A DNA stretch of 64,000 nt, taken from positions 1 through 64,000 of the IMG/VR virus record IMGVR_UViG_3300035181_000471; one strand, written 5' to 3'. Every line of letters starts with the position of its first letter. The stretch's first letter is position 1. The notes below the pieces were generated by a model. It was not told the DNA's origin. It worked only from the letters and a program-made list of their open reading frames with translations, and searched no databases. Positions 1-9,103 of this stretch are shown in pieces. The position numbers were made by a program, and so were the translations under genes.

Positions 1-33
1 CTGGAAAAACGGGGTTCATTTAACATTTTCATG

Positions 34-438
34 TTACCCCCCTCCCCCCCCCCCATTGTCAGTAGAGGGATTTACTTTAACATTTTCTTTCATCCACTCC
101 GATAAAAGTGTATCGCACACGGCTAGATGGTTCACGAGCGCCAATCTAAGGGCTTCAATGGCTTCCTCTGAGTCCATCCCACGCTCTAAAAGCTTGGTGA
201 TAGATAGAGTAAAGCTATTATGAGAACGAATATGTTCATCTCTAGCCTTAGCAGGGTAGCTGATCTCATACATCAAGGTCTCTTCATGTTTGAAGTGATC
301 CAAGGCGTATTCCATCAGTGTAGATGCAATTCTCCCCAAGTTGGCCTTATCATTGGAGATCTGGAGCAAGAACATCATAATGTCTCTATGCTCATAGTCC
401 AGAGGGACCGTCAAATGAGGCAACTTGGGGAAATTCAT
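34..438 (-). CDS. bacteriohemerythrin-like protein
   Basis: EH...HFKHEETLM..ISYP...EHIRSH...HL..CD motif; start trimmed to ATG 438 after GGAG. Confidence 0.85.
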   Translation of the reverse strand: MNFPKLPHLTVPLDYEHRDIMMFLLQISNDKANLGRIASTLMEYALDHFKHEETLMYEISYPAKARDEHIRSHNSFTLSITKLLERGMDSEEAIEALRLALVNHLAVCDTLLSEWMKENVKVNPSTDNGGGGGG

Positions 439-581
439 TACACTAGTCTCCAACCGTAAAGAACAGCCATCTGAATGAGGTGAGCGGCCGTACCAGCGGC
501 AACGGAGTAAACTCCCACCCAGAAACAAAACTTAGCGGTCTTCCAGGCCATGTGGCCCACTTCGTAGAAAAAATACTTCAT
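438..581 (-). CDS. small hydrophobic protein, 47 aa (MKYFFYEVGHMAWKTAKFCFWVGVYSVAAGTAAHLIQMAVLYGWRLV)
   Basis: Below the ORF-track size cut-off; fills the gap exactly with TAATG overlaps at both ends. Confidence 0.65.
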   Translation of the reverse strand: MKYFFYEVGHMAWKTAKFCFWVGVYSVAAGTAAHLIQMAVLYGWRLV

Positions 582-1537
582 TATAGCTCCTTTTCGATTG
601 CAAGAGTTTGAGCGCCGACATACCAGGATTCCAAAAACTCTGTGTCGGACTTCTCAGGGAGTTTGGAGGTTAGGAAGAGGGCGTCACCCTCTTCCATGAG
701 CTTATCAATGATACAGGAAATCTCCCCGTTGGTCAGTTTCCCCGTTCTGATATCCATCAGAAGTTCAGCTTCAGGACGAGGGTAGGTGATCGTCCCATCC
801 TTTAGAATCTCATTCATTTCGGAGCAAATACGAACGGCATGGTAGAGAGCCTTGAGGTCCATACCATTAGACTCCTTGGCCTCTAGAGCGCGAGATCCGT
901 AAGTCTTGCGGAGGTTGATGAGAGGCTCCAGCCAGTTTTTGATTGCGGTAGTTTCTCCGAAGGATCGACCACAGACTTCCATTAGGCGAGTGTCAACTCC
1001 ACCCTTGGTGTCAACCCAGAAACGAACTCCAGGCTTGCCGTCATAGTGCTGTACCATGTGGTCCCAGTAAGGAGACATGATATGGTTTGGAACCCTGTGA
1101 AGAGAGTGCTGTTCGAGGTACTGAAGATCCTGAATGATCATGTCTAGGGTGCTGAGCTTCTCACCCTTGATGGAGTACTTCTGAGCCTGGGAACGAGCGT
1201 AGCCAACAAAAGGCTTGAGCATCTTGGAGACTACTCGGTGCTTGTTAAGACGCAAAAATTCCCATGCGGCGGAAGTTTCCAGAATCATATTGTCAGGTGC
1301 AAATAGCATGGAGTAGGCCACCGTCTGACCACCAGACAGGAGGTCGATGTAACGCTTGGCGTAATACATCTCATGCTCTTCGTTCTTCTCTTCGTCCTTC
1401 CACTGAACATTGTCGGCCTTACGGCGAATCAGTTCATCCAGGGAGAACAGGAAAATACCCTTGTAGTCCTTGTCGGACTTAGGCGTGGCACAACCATAGA
1501 GATGGCTACCGTATAGGCATTTGAATAGTGTCTGCAT
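581..1537 (-). CDS. Pol-beta-superfamily nucleotidyltransferase (T4 NrdC.11/RlaP-like)
   Basis: GSHLYG..TPKSDKD (GS..DxD) and C-terminal KALYHAVR. Confidence 0.85.
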   Translation of the reverse strand: MQTLFKCLYGSHLYGCATPKSDKDYKGIFLFSLDELIRRKADNVQWKDEEKNEEHEMYYAKRYIDLLSGGQTVAYSMLFAPDNMILETSAAWEFLRLNKHRVVSKMLKPFVGYARSQAQKYSIKGEKLSTLDMIIQDLQYLEQHSLHRVPNHIMSPYWDHMVQHYDGKPGVRFWVDTKGGVDTRLMEVCGRSFGETTAIKNWLEPLINLRKTYGSRALEAKESNGMDLKALYHAVRICSEMNEILKDGTITYPRPEAELLMDIRTGKLTNGEISCIIDKLMEEGDALFLTSKLPEKSDTEFLESWYVGAQTLAIEKEL

Positions 1538-1554
1538 TATTAACCCTCCACTAC

Positions 1555-1585
1555 ATTATACTGGAGGTTGGCTGATTTTCTTACT
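1555..1585 (-). promoter_or_regulatory. putative phage promoter AGTAAGAAAA-N13-AGTATAAT
   Basis: Motif recurs upstream of at least 7 minus-strand genes; here followed by GGAGG and ATG. Confidence 0.65.
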
Positions 1586-1934
1586 ACATCACCCAAGCTA
1601 GGGTCTGCTTGTCTTCAAGGCGGATCTCATATCCGAATAATTCAGCATCATTAGGCACATAGCCGTTATCTTTTAAGAATTCTAGAGTATCCCAGTAGGC
1701 TTCAGCCATGTCATATACTTTATCGGCTTTTAACAGTACTGATATAGACTCAACAAAATCACCCTCAAACCCAAAAGTACTAGCTAACAATAGCGAACTC
1801 AGATGTTTCGGTTTGTCCGTTTCATACCATAGTTCAACTTTAATTCGATCCCTCATATACACAGACTGTTGTAAAGTCTCGGCTACATTAAGGGTTACGG
1901 TTAGCTTTGGAGAGGTGAGTGTCGCAGTAGGCAT
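1584..1934 (-). CDS. hypothetical protein
   Basis: ORF in gene-dense operon. Confidence 0.6.
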   Translation of the reverse strand: MPTATLTSPKLTVTLNVAETLQQSVYMRDRIKVELWYETDKPKHLSSLLLASTFGFEGDFVESISVLLKADKVYDMAEAYWDTLEFLKDNGYVPNDAELFGYEIRLEDKQTLAWVM

Positions 1935-1935
1935 C

Positions 1936-2778
1936 TTAAGACCCCAATAGTCCTTCGATAGTTGTAGCGAGTTCGCGGCCCGTTAGACCCACACCCTCAC
2001 TGGCAACCTCTTGGGCATCAATGTTTAGTTTACTAGAAATAAGTCTAGCGGCGGCTCCTGTCCCACCGGATACTTGAATTAGGTAGCCACTTAGGTCAGA
2101 GGCAGACCATAGGAAGAATTCGGATTCTGGAGTGTCAGCGTGATCTTCGGCCAATCGGTGAAGAAGTTGCATTAGCTCTTCAACTGACCAGCTTTCAATA
2201 TTTGAATCGGCCCAGATCTTAATGATCTTGCCTGGAGGTAGCGATGAGGACTTAACCACTTCGGGTTCCTCGGATACTAAGCCGCCGTGTTCACTATCTT
2301 CTAAATTGTGTGCGTGTTCAACTGCATCTTCAGTTCTATCAACTTCCCCGCCCTTGTTCTCGTTGATGGCTTCAGGATTCTCTAGCTTGAAATAACGATC
2401 CATCCAAGAATCAGAGCTTGATAGGGCTAACTTGGTGAAGGAGCTTAGGGTTACCACTGGCTCTTGATCAGCTTCCCCAAATACTGAGGTTCTTAGCTCT
2501 CCACCAGAGGCATATAGGAAAGCTTCACGCTTCAAGGCATAACCGGACCCGGTTAAGTAGTAAAGTGCATCGGTGCTTATTGGGATGGCAACCACACCAG
2601 CGGTGACACTCTGCCCGGTTTCGGACTTCATTGCTGCAATTACAGGTGAATTCTGATCCACCATTCCGTATAGGAACAAGGCGTTCTGATCAATATCTTC
2701 GCCCCAGATTTGGAACAAAAGTTCGATAACAGGACGCATATCTTCTACTTGCTGGCGTGACACATTGACATAATACAC
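1936..2778 (-). CDS. hypothetical protein
   Basis: 280-aa ORF, GTG start after AAGGAG. Confidence 0.65.
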   Translation of the reverse strand: MYYVNVSRQQVEDMRPVIELLFQIWGEDIDQNALFLYGMVDQNSPVIAAMKSETGQSVTAGVVAIPISTDALYYLTGSGYALKREAFLYASGGELRTSVFGEADQEPVVTLSSFTKLALSSSDSWMDRYFKLENPEAINENKGGEVDRTEDAVEHAHNLEDSEHGGLVSEEPEVVKSSSLPPGKIIKIWADSNIESWSVEELMQLLHRLAEDHADTPESEFFLWSASDLSGYLIQVSGGTGAAARLISSKLNIDAQEVASEGVGLTGRELATTIEGLLGS

Positions 2779-2842
2779 TGGGAACTCCTTACATATAAGA
2801 GAGGCTTATTCTGTTTTCTCTACCAGTAGATAATACTGAGTG

Positions 2843-3400
2843 TCAAGAGAGATTAGAGGAGTCCTGTGCCATCTCCTTGACTCTTTCATACTCACTTTTG
2901 ATGCCATCAACATGGTTATCAAGAACGATAACCTTTCTTAGCAGAGGAGCAAAGTGTGATGGAATCCTCATATCCGAGCCATTTTTTGACTTGGTGGTGA
3001 AGGCACACATAGAAATGGAGAACTTGTTCTTATACTTCAATAGGATGTCTTCGAAGCGGGTATTATGGAACCCAATCAAGACGATCTCTGATCCGGCTGG
3101 GAGTTCAGCAAAAATCTCATGCAGGTAAGTCGAGGGCTTATAGAAGACCCCTCCAATGTTCAATCTTGACTCAATGGGGGTCATTCTGATAACTTTGGTT
3201 CCAGTCTTTTCTACTGCGGCTGTATATTTTTCAGCCTGGAGGTCTTTTGTTGATCCGAATAAGACCCAACTTCCGCCTTTTTCTGCTCTAAATACTTCTC
3301 TATTCAAGTAGTTAATAACATCCACGACATACAGTTGAGCCGAAAAAATCTCCCCAGCACGAAACAGGTGTGAGGCTTCCACGATATAGTAGGTGATCAT
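2843..3400 (-). CDS. hypothetical protein, possible degenerate NYN/PIN fold
   Basis: N-terminal YIVEASHL and strand/helix pattern recall NYN domains, but catalytic Asp residues are absent. Confidence 0.4.
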   Translation of the reverse strand: MITYYIVEASHLFRAGEIFSAQLYVVDVINYLNREVFRAEKGGSWVLFGSTKDLQAEKYTAAVEKTGTKVIRMTPIESRLNIGGVFYKPSTYLHEIFAELPAGSEIVLIGFHNTRFEDILLKYKNKFSISMCAFTTKSKNGSDMRIPSHFAPLLRKVIVLDNHVDGIKSEYERVKEMAQDSSNLS

Positions 3401-3463
3401 TCCCTAGCTCCTTAATACTTCAAAGAAAGAATCAAGAAGCTAGTTTAATGACTAGTTACGCTA

Positions 3464-4195
3464 CTAGTTACCGATAAAGACTCCTGGGTCCACTTTATCC
3501 TGAATATCCTGAAACAAAACTGGCACTAAGGTCATCATCAATCTGAGGATCTCTCTGGCGACCACTTGCATGTCTGGGTGAGCCGAAGAAGCCGTCCTCA
3601 AAAGTAAGAAATTTCTCAAAGTTCTGAGATTCATGGTCATGACGATCTCGGTCTTCAAGTCATTGGTCAGAAGACCCCTGGCGTCCTGAGGCTTCCACTT
3701 GTACTCGTCTAGAGCGGTAGCATAGTCAACGATGCTGCGCTCTTGAGAGTCAAACCAGAAGTTGATCTCATTGTCAGAGCGGTTGATTAGATGCCAAGGG
3801 AGGATGATCTTAGCTGGTTTCTTGCCGTAATTGACATAACGGGTGGATTCCTGGGTGTAGGAAGCGATACGATGCCTCACAAGCTCGTGGGTCACACCTC
3901 TGGAGGTGATGATTCTGAAGGAAATAGCCACATGCTCCAAAGTGCTTTCATGCTTCAAGCTTAGGATATGCTTCAGGATCTTAACATGACTTCCCTCCTT
4001 AATTGCGTCCTCGCTCTTGTAGGCTGTGCGGATTGCCTCCTCTAGATGACGCATGATGGTTTCACCATCTGGAATCATGCCGATCATCTCAACAGAAGGA
4101 GCTACAAGCTTGACTTTATGCCCTTGCCAGATGGGGTCTTTCATGCGGTTAGTCATGAATTCTAGGGGATTTTTATACTCGTATGGTTCAGCCAT
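3464..4195 (-). CDS. thyX: FAD-dependent thymidylate synthase
   Basis: HESTLEH and RGVTHELVRHRIASYTQESTRY ThyX signature. Confidence 0.97.
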   Translation of the reverse strand: MAEPYEYKNPLEFMTNRMKDPIWQGHKVKLVAPSVEMIGMIPDGETIMRHLEEAIRTAYKSEDAIKEGSHVKILKHILSLKHESTLEHVAISFRIITSRGVTHELVRHRIASYTQESTRYVNYGKKPAKIILPWHLINRSDNEINFWFDSQERSIVDYATALDEYKWKPQDARGLLTNDLKTEIVMTMNLRTLRNFLLLRTASSAHPDMQVVAREILRLMMTLVPVLFQDIQDKVDPGVFIGN

Positions 4196-4422
4196 TATTT
4201 TAACCTCATGAGAACATCTACATCTACTACATTGACGCCTTCGAACAGGAGGGAATCAACAACGCTTCTGGCCTTCTTAGGGTCTTTGCCACTTGACACA
4301 GAATCACATACCAGTGAAATAAAATCGGACTTAACTGAGTAATTCTCAGCACAAAGCTCTCTCCACCCACTTTCCTTGCGAGTGGAGAGTTTAGCTTGAA
4401 TTATTTCTTTAAGACTTGACAT
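4195..4422 (-). CDS. hypothetical protein
   Basis: Short ORF coupled to neighbours. Confidence 0.5.
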   Translation of the reverse strand: MSSLKEIIQAKLSTRKESGWRELCAENYSVKSDFISLVCDSVSSGKDPKKARSVVDSLLFEGVNVVDVDVLMRLK

Positions 4423-5305
4423 AGGGGGTTAGCAGTTTCTTCTGGAGTAGAAGATCTAGAGCTTCACTATCTCCGTTCTTCATAATGAGGAGTGACTCGT
4501 AACGAGGAACGATGTGCTTGATCGCAGGCTCATCAATTAATACTGTAACCAGGTACCTAGCGGCTAGAGATTTGTTTAGTATATCTCCACCTGACTCAGA
4601 GTGAACAGGGTAGGACAACCCATCAGCAACAAACCCGCAGCCTCCCTCCAGGCTATCGGCCATTCTCAAACCAGTGTAGGCTCCGACAGTAGCATGATCA
4701 AACATGAATAGCTCCCCACCAGTCAGATATGGAGTCAAAGCAATGGGAGACATAGATGATAGGTTGTTCAGGTCTGCCAAAGCAGGTGTCTTACCAATGT
4801 GGGTCACACGGTAGGAATTCATCCCAGGTTGCATTTCAGATGCAAACTTTAAGTTCTTAACGAGGGCCAGTGCCGCGTTAAAAGCGGAGTCCTCATCGTT
4901 GCTGACCTGACGATACTTGGCTTTCTTAGCCAACGGCGAGTCACCCTCAGGGGGATACTTAGACTGGAGATCCTTGAAATCTTCCGCCATTTTACCCACA
5001 TTGAAAGATGGACAGCCTTCCTGTAGATTGAGGCGAATTTGACTGTAGATATTGAAATCACAGATTCCCTGTCTTGCGGCCTTAGCGGTCTCGATGCGGT
5101 CTTTCTGGATGATGGACCCTGAGTTGAATCCAGCGTGAACAAGTGCCTCATCCACCACTTTAGTCACCAGTCTTTTAGCCCTAGTAGTGCGATCAAGGTC
5201 AGTGTGTGCCTTCTCCTTGAACCAGGAGGCCATGTCTTCTTCACTGTTCCAAACTTCACGGACTAGGGTTGCTAGATGTTGCCCCGCTTTGGTGTAAACT
5301 TCCAT
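4409..5305 (-). CDS. hypothetical protein
   Basis: 298-aa ORF with TAATG coupling. Confidence 0.65.
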   Translation of the reverse strand: MEVYTKAGQHLATLVREVWNSEEDMASWFKEKAHTDLDRTTRAKRLVTKVVDEALVHAGFNSGSIIQKDRIETAKAARQGICDFNIYSQIRLNLQEGCPSFNVGKMAEDFKDLQSKYPPEGDSPLAKKAKYRQVSNDEDSAFNAALALVKNLKFASEMQPGMNSYRVTHIGKTPALADLNNLSSMSPIALTPYLTGGELFMFDHATVGAYTGLRMADSLEGGCGFVADGLSYPVHSESGGDILNKSLAARYLVTVLIDEPAIKHIVPRYESLLIMKNGDSEALDLLLQKKLLTPYVKS

Positions 5306-5985
5306 TACTTTCTCCCTAATGCGGCTTGTAGCCGAGCGCCCAGTTCGTTATGACAGACCTCAACCTCGTGAGGTAGAACATGCCAACGAAATCTCTGAGA
5401 CAATTTTGATAGAGTGTCTGTAGCTAAGTAGGCGTGAACCTCGTCCTCTACAACGCTTGGTCCGTAGCAACCCCAACTCAACAGGCGATCATGCACGGAT
5501 TGACGATACTTCTCTGGTAGTTTAGCGATGATCTCTCGCTGACCAGCCTTGTAATCTTCATCGAGATACCATAAGGCGTGAGCTAGCTCGTGGTCTCCGG
5601 CCTTCCAAGACGCCTTCTTAGCAGCCTTGTCAGCCGATCCAATAAGGTAGTAGCGGGAGGGTAGATCTAGACTCTTTAGGTGCTTCTGTACGGTTAGTTC
5701 TGCGGAGGTAATTGCGGGAAACTTTTCATAGAACCCATCGACATAATGACCAGGGATATTGAAGCCTGTGTAGGTCCAATAGGGGTTTGCTCTACCGTTC
5801 CTAGAGGTGGTGGATCTGAAGCACCTCATATACTTCTTGAGTCGGGAAGTAGTGAACACCTGATCCTGGAACTTTGGGGATTCAGCGTACTCCTGTGGGC
5901 GAATCAAAGCCTTACCTAAATTGGTGAAGGTGTCGAAGTCTATATGCACCAATCCGGGGACTGGTTGGGTAGAGGTGAAAGCCAT
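5305..5985 (-). CDS. zincin-like (HExxH) hypothetical protein
   Basis: DHELAHAL and downstream DEVHAY. Confidence 0.55.
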   Translation of the reverse strand: MAFTSTQPVPGLVHIDFDTFTNLGKALIRPQEYAESPKFQDQVFTTSRLKKYMRCFRSTTSRNGRANPYWTYTGFNIPGHYVDGFYEKFPAITSAELTVQKHLKSLDLPSRYYLIGSADKAAKKASWKAGDHELAHALWYLDEDYKAGQREIIAKLPEKYRQSVHDRLLSWGCYGPSVVEDEVHAYLATDTLSKLSQRFRWHVLPHEVEVCHNELGARLQAALGRK

Positions 5986-6176
5986 GTCTGTTCCTTTAAA
6001 GGTGCAGTGTTGGTGAGAACCACTGTATTTACTATTACTGGTTTATCACAGTTGCAGGATGGGGCTATGAACCAACCTAATTCGTTCCTCTTCAGGGTCT
6101 CAGGCATACCACACTTACCACAACGGCGATAAGCGTAGCTAGAGTAGGACGCACAGCCCAGGCTAGTCAGCGTCAT
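5940..6176 (-). CDS. small Cys-rich (Zn-ribbon) protein
   Basis: CGKC...CNC; overlaps neighbours. Confidence 0.4.
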   Translation of the reverse strand: MTLTSLGCASYSSYAYRRCGKCGMPETLKRNELGWFIAPSCNCDKPVIVNTVVLTNTAPLKEQTWLSPLPNQSPDWCI

Positions 6177-6642
6177 ACAAACCCTCTTGCCAGAGAAGGA
6201 GCTTTAGGTCATTGATGAAATCGTCTAGATTGTCCCACACCGTAACACCGTTGCGCTCACAACAGATATCAACATTACCCTTACGGTAGAAGCCTTCAGG
6301 ACAACACACTAGAACATCGTCCTTCATATGCATCCCTAGCTCAAGGAAGGTAATTGGAGCCTTGGAGTCCTTGGTGAACACTACTAGAATTAGATCCGCG
6401 ATCTCAAGAGCATCCTGCTCCCAATTTACCTGTTCAGAAAACTGTGGATCGTCCTTCGTCTGCTTCCAGGAGGAGTCCCAGTCATCTCTGCGAGGATTGA
6501 GAATGAGAATATCAAACTCACTCAAAGCCTCGGAGATTTTAGTCTGCCAGTCCTCGGCTTCCCCCATATCAATAGCTCCAGCTAGGAAGATGGCGAACTT
6601 ATCCTTTGTGTATTTCGCGGGTGCCTTTACAATAGTTGCCAT
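6163..6642 (-). CDS. nucleoside 2-deoxyribosyltransferase-like protein
   Basis: IFLAGAID, NPRRDDWDSSW, QVNWE, PITFLELG. Confidence 0.85.
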   Translation of the reverse strand: MATIVKAPAKYTKDKFAIFLAGAIDMGEAEDWQTKISEALSEFDILILNPRRDDWDSSWKQTKDDPQFSEQVNWEQDALEIADLILVVFTKDSKAPITFLELGMHMKDDVLVCCPEGFYRKGNVDICCERNGVTVWDNLDDFINDLKLLLWQEGLYDAD

Positions 6643-7650
6643 TTAATACTCACATAGTTCCTTGACCAATTCAGCCAGCTTGGGTTCTTCTAAGCACAAT
6701 GCTTCAATCACAGTAATGGGGTCACCACTGGAAATACCATCAACGGAATCCTGCATGTCATTGAAGAACTTCTTAACTTCAGCATTGTCCTTGACGGTTT
6801 CCACCTTTTTATCCTCGATTCTGAACACCTGTTCAATGGGGAGGACAGGGATCTCTACTTCTTTAATACGGGCTTTTTCGGCTCCCAGTGTAATTACTGT
6901 AGCCGCTACTTTTCTCTCCACTTCATCCATAGATAAGGCGGCTCTAGCAATTGACCCCAAGTTAATGTGGGTGACATTTCCAACCGTTTCAGTTTCAGTT
7001 CTTGAGTGGTCATGACCCCAAAGCAAGATGTCGAAGTCTATATTTTTCAACTGATTGTAGCCGATTAACCAATCATTAAAGAACTCCTTGGAGTTCCCTG
7101 ATACCCCAGATGCGTGGACTATGCCTATTCTGTAGTCAACCCCATCTTGGCGTTCGCCGGAGCCTAAGAGGGCGGCTTGAGTTTCCACCCCTGAGGCGAA
7201 ATCGAAAGTCTCTACAGACACATTTACGGAGCCATCTTCGTTAGTGAAGATGAGTGGCTCTCGATTAAGACAGTGGCACACACCAGCCTCCATCAGAACC
7301 CCAATGGGCTGAGAGGGGATTGTGTCCATACGGTCGAACTGGATATCGTGATTTCCTACTGCTGTATAGATCTTTCCAGTGGGGAACGACCCAAAGGTTC
7401 GAATGGCTTCATTGATCATATTCAAGGAATTGGCCTTGGAGTGGCTACCCTTGATATGAAAAATGTCCCCGCCACATAAACATACGCCATTGACTGTGTG
7501 AGTTAGCGCGTTGACAAACTGGAGCTTCTTAAAAATTTGGGAACGGTAGGCGTCAGATCTACGGCCTGGAGCAATGGCTGATAAATGGATGTCAGTCATC
7601 CATGTAAACACTACATCCTTGTTGGGGATCACTACTTTCCTGTAAGCCAT
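6643..7650 (-). CDS. Mre11/SbcD/gp47-like metallophosphoesterase nuclease
   Basis: DIH, GDIFH, GNHD, GHDH, NLGS motifs; near Rad50 N-half. Confidence 0.85.
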   Translation of the reverse strand: MAYRKVVIPNKDVVFTWMTDIHLSAIAPGRRSDAYRSQIFKKLQFVNALTHTVNGVCLCGGDIFHIKGSHSKANSLNMINEAIRTFGSFPTGKIYTAVGNHDIQFDRMDTIPSQPIGVLMEAGVCHCLNREPLIFTNEDGSVNVSVETFDFASGVETQAALLGSGERQDGVDYRIGIVHASGVSGNSKEFFNDWLIGYNQLKNIDFDILLWGHDHSRTETETVGNVTHINLGSIARAALSMDEVERKVAATVITLGAEKARIKEVEIPVLPIEQVFRIEDKKVETVKDNAEVKKFFNDMQDSVDGISSGDPITVIEALCLEEPKLAELVKELCEY

Positions 7651-7655
7651 CAATT

Positions 7656-8018
7656 TCAGTCCTTATCTTTTAAATACTCCATAAACTTCTCGTCCTCAAG
7701 AAGAATGTGGTCTAAAATGCGGTGTTTGAGTTCTTCAAGGGCTTCAAGTTGGTCCTCTATAGGGGTCATGGCAGTTAGCATACCAACTAGCTGGTCCTGG
7801 ATCTTTTCATGCATAACTTCATGGTTTTCAGTATTAGGATAGCCGTAAACTCTCATGCAAGATTCTTCATCTCTGAAGTGGGTGGTCAAATGTTCAATAA
7901 TGCCTGAAACTAGAGTCTCGTTACCAGCTTTTGTAGGGTGGGTTAGGAGTTCAAGATCCTTAACCATAGCCTTGTGGTCAAAATGGATCTTGCTGACCAT
8001 CTCCATTTTGCTCTTCAT
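7656..8018 (-). CDS. second hemerythrin-like protein
   Basis: DH...HFRDEESCM..YGYP..ENHEVMH...HILLED. Confidence 0.85.
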   Translation of the reverse strand: MKSKMEMVSKIHFDHKAMVKDLELLTHPTKAGNETLVSGIIEHLTTHFRDEESCMRVYGYPNTENHEVMHEKIQDQLVGMLTAMTPIEDQLEALEELKHRILDHILLEDEKFMEYLKDKD

Positions 8019-8280
8019 GTTGCTTCTCCAACTCTTTGGTCGAACATCGAGATTTTCTCTCGACCTCCTTATAAGAAGAGTCCAAAATTGAGGTTCCCAT
8101 TTTGTTTAGAAGAAAGCGTAATTGAGCTACAATTTTGAGGAAATCGGCTTCGGATATAGGGTTTTTCCTGTCGAATCTGATCTCAAGGCCAGCGGTGTCG
8201 CTACTGACCTCTTCCTTTGAAGATACTAAGGTAATTTTTCTTTTTCCTCTACGGAAATCAAGAGCTAGTTTGGTTGTCAT
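7978..8280 (-). CDS. hypothetical protein
   Basis: ORF in operon. Confidence 0.5.
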   Translation of the reverse strand: MTTKLALDFRRGKRKITLVSSKEEVSSDTAGLEIRFDRKNPISEADFLKIVAQLRFLLNKMGTSILDSSYKEVERKSRCSTKELEKQHEEQNGDGQQDPF

Positions 8281-8737
8281 TTCGGGCCTCGCAGGAGTAG
8301 TATGCCTCCACTCTCAGTTGTCTATTACGCATATTTAAATCCTTTGCGAGAAACACCAGCCAGGGGACTGATGAAACAAAGTTCTCTGTAAAGACAAATC
8401 GGTCAATGCCGACATGGTGAATTTCTTCATCAGTGGCAGAAGTTACATCTGTGAAGGCATGTGGAGCCACGGTGAAGAAAGCGTGAAGATCGAAATCATC
8501 CCCCATAGAGTCCCTACCGTGCTGGAGAGCTAGAAACTGCCAGTCCTTTGCCTCAGTGGTGACTCCTGTTTCCTCCCAATACTCTCGCACTAGGGCCTGA
8601 ATGGGGGTTTCCTTCCCTTCAGCCTTTCCACCTACACCATTGTATAGACCAGCTTGCCACTTAGGACGGTTCTTCTGAATCAGAACTACCGACTTCATGT
8701 CCTCGCTGAAGGCGAACCCTACTACATATCGAATCAT
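8258..8737 (-). CDS. NUDIX hydrolase
   Basis: GGKAEGKETPIQALVREYWEETG Nudix box. Confidence 0.92.
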   Translation of the reverse strand: MIRYVVGFAFSEDMKSVVLIQKNRPKWQAGLYNGVGGKAEGKETPIQALVREYWEETGVTTEAKDWQFLALQHGRDSMGDDFDLHAFFTVAPHAFTDVTSATDEEIHHVGIDRFVFTENFVSSVPWLVFLAKDLNMRNRQLRVEAYYSCEARNDNQTSS

Positions 8738-8821
8738 TTTATCTCCAAAGATTTCAGTGTAAACAAGTAGCTGTCGGTGGTATGCCCCGACCTTCTTCAG
8801 CCCACCCCATAAAACTCTGGT

Positions 8822-9103
8822 TCACTTGATACCGTCAAACTTAGAGTACAGGGCCTCAGCTTTTTGGAGGTTTCCGGCAAGCTTGTCCTTGGCTGTCGCT
8901 AGGGTCTGTGTCAGAGTTTCAAGAAGATCAGTTAACTGATCTTCGTCCATTTTATCAACATCGTAACCATCGGCCTTTAGAGATGCGGTGAGTTCCCCAA
9001 CCTTATGCTCCTCTACAGCCAGAAGGCGCTTTAGGTCATCCTGCTTTTTGGTCAGCAGGGCGGCTTTTCTATTCAATTCATTTAGCTCTTCAGTGAGTCC
9101 CAT
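8822..9103 (-). CDS. coiled-coil protein (possible middle segment of split Rad50)
   Basis: Heptad-rich 93 aa starting right after the Rad50 zinc hook. Confidence 0.55.
   Translation of the reverse strand: MGLTEELNELNRKAALLTKKQDDLKRLLAVEEHKVGELTASLKADGYDVDKMDEDQLTDLLETLTQTLATAKDKLAGNLQKAEALYSKFDGIK

Noticed and set aside
36-54. Poly-C tract as a regulatory or phase-variable element
   Set aside because: It encodes a terminal Gly6 of the hemerythrin at the window edge; homopolymer length may be an artefact and nothing else supports a function.
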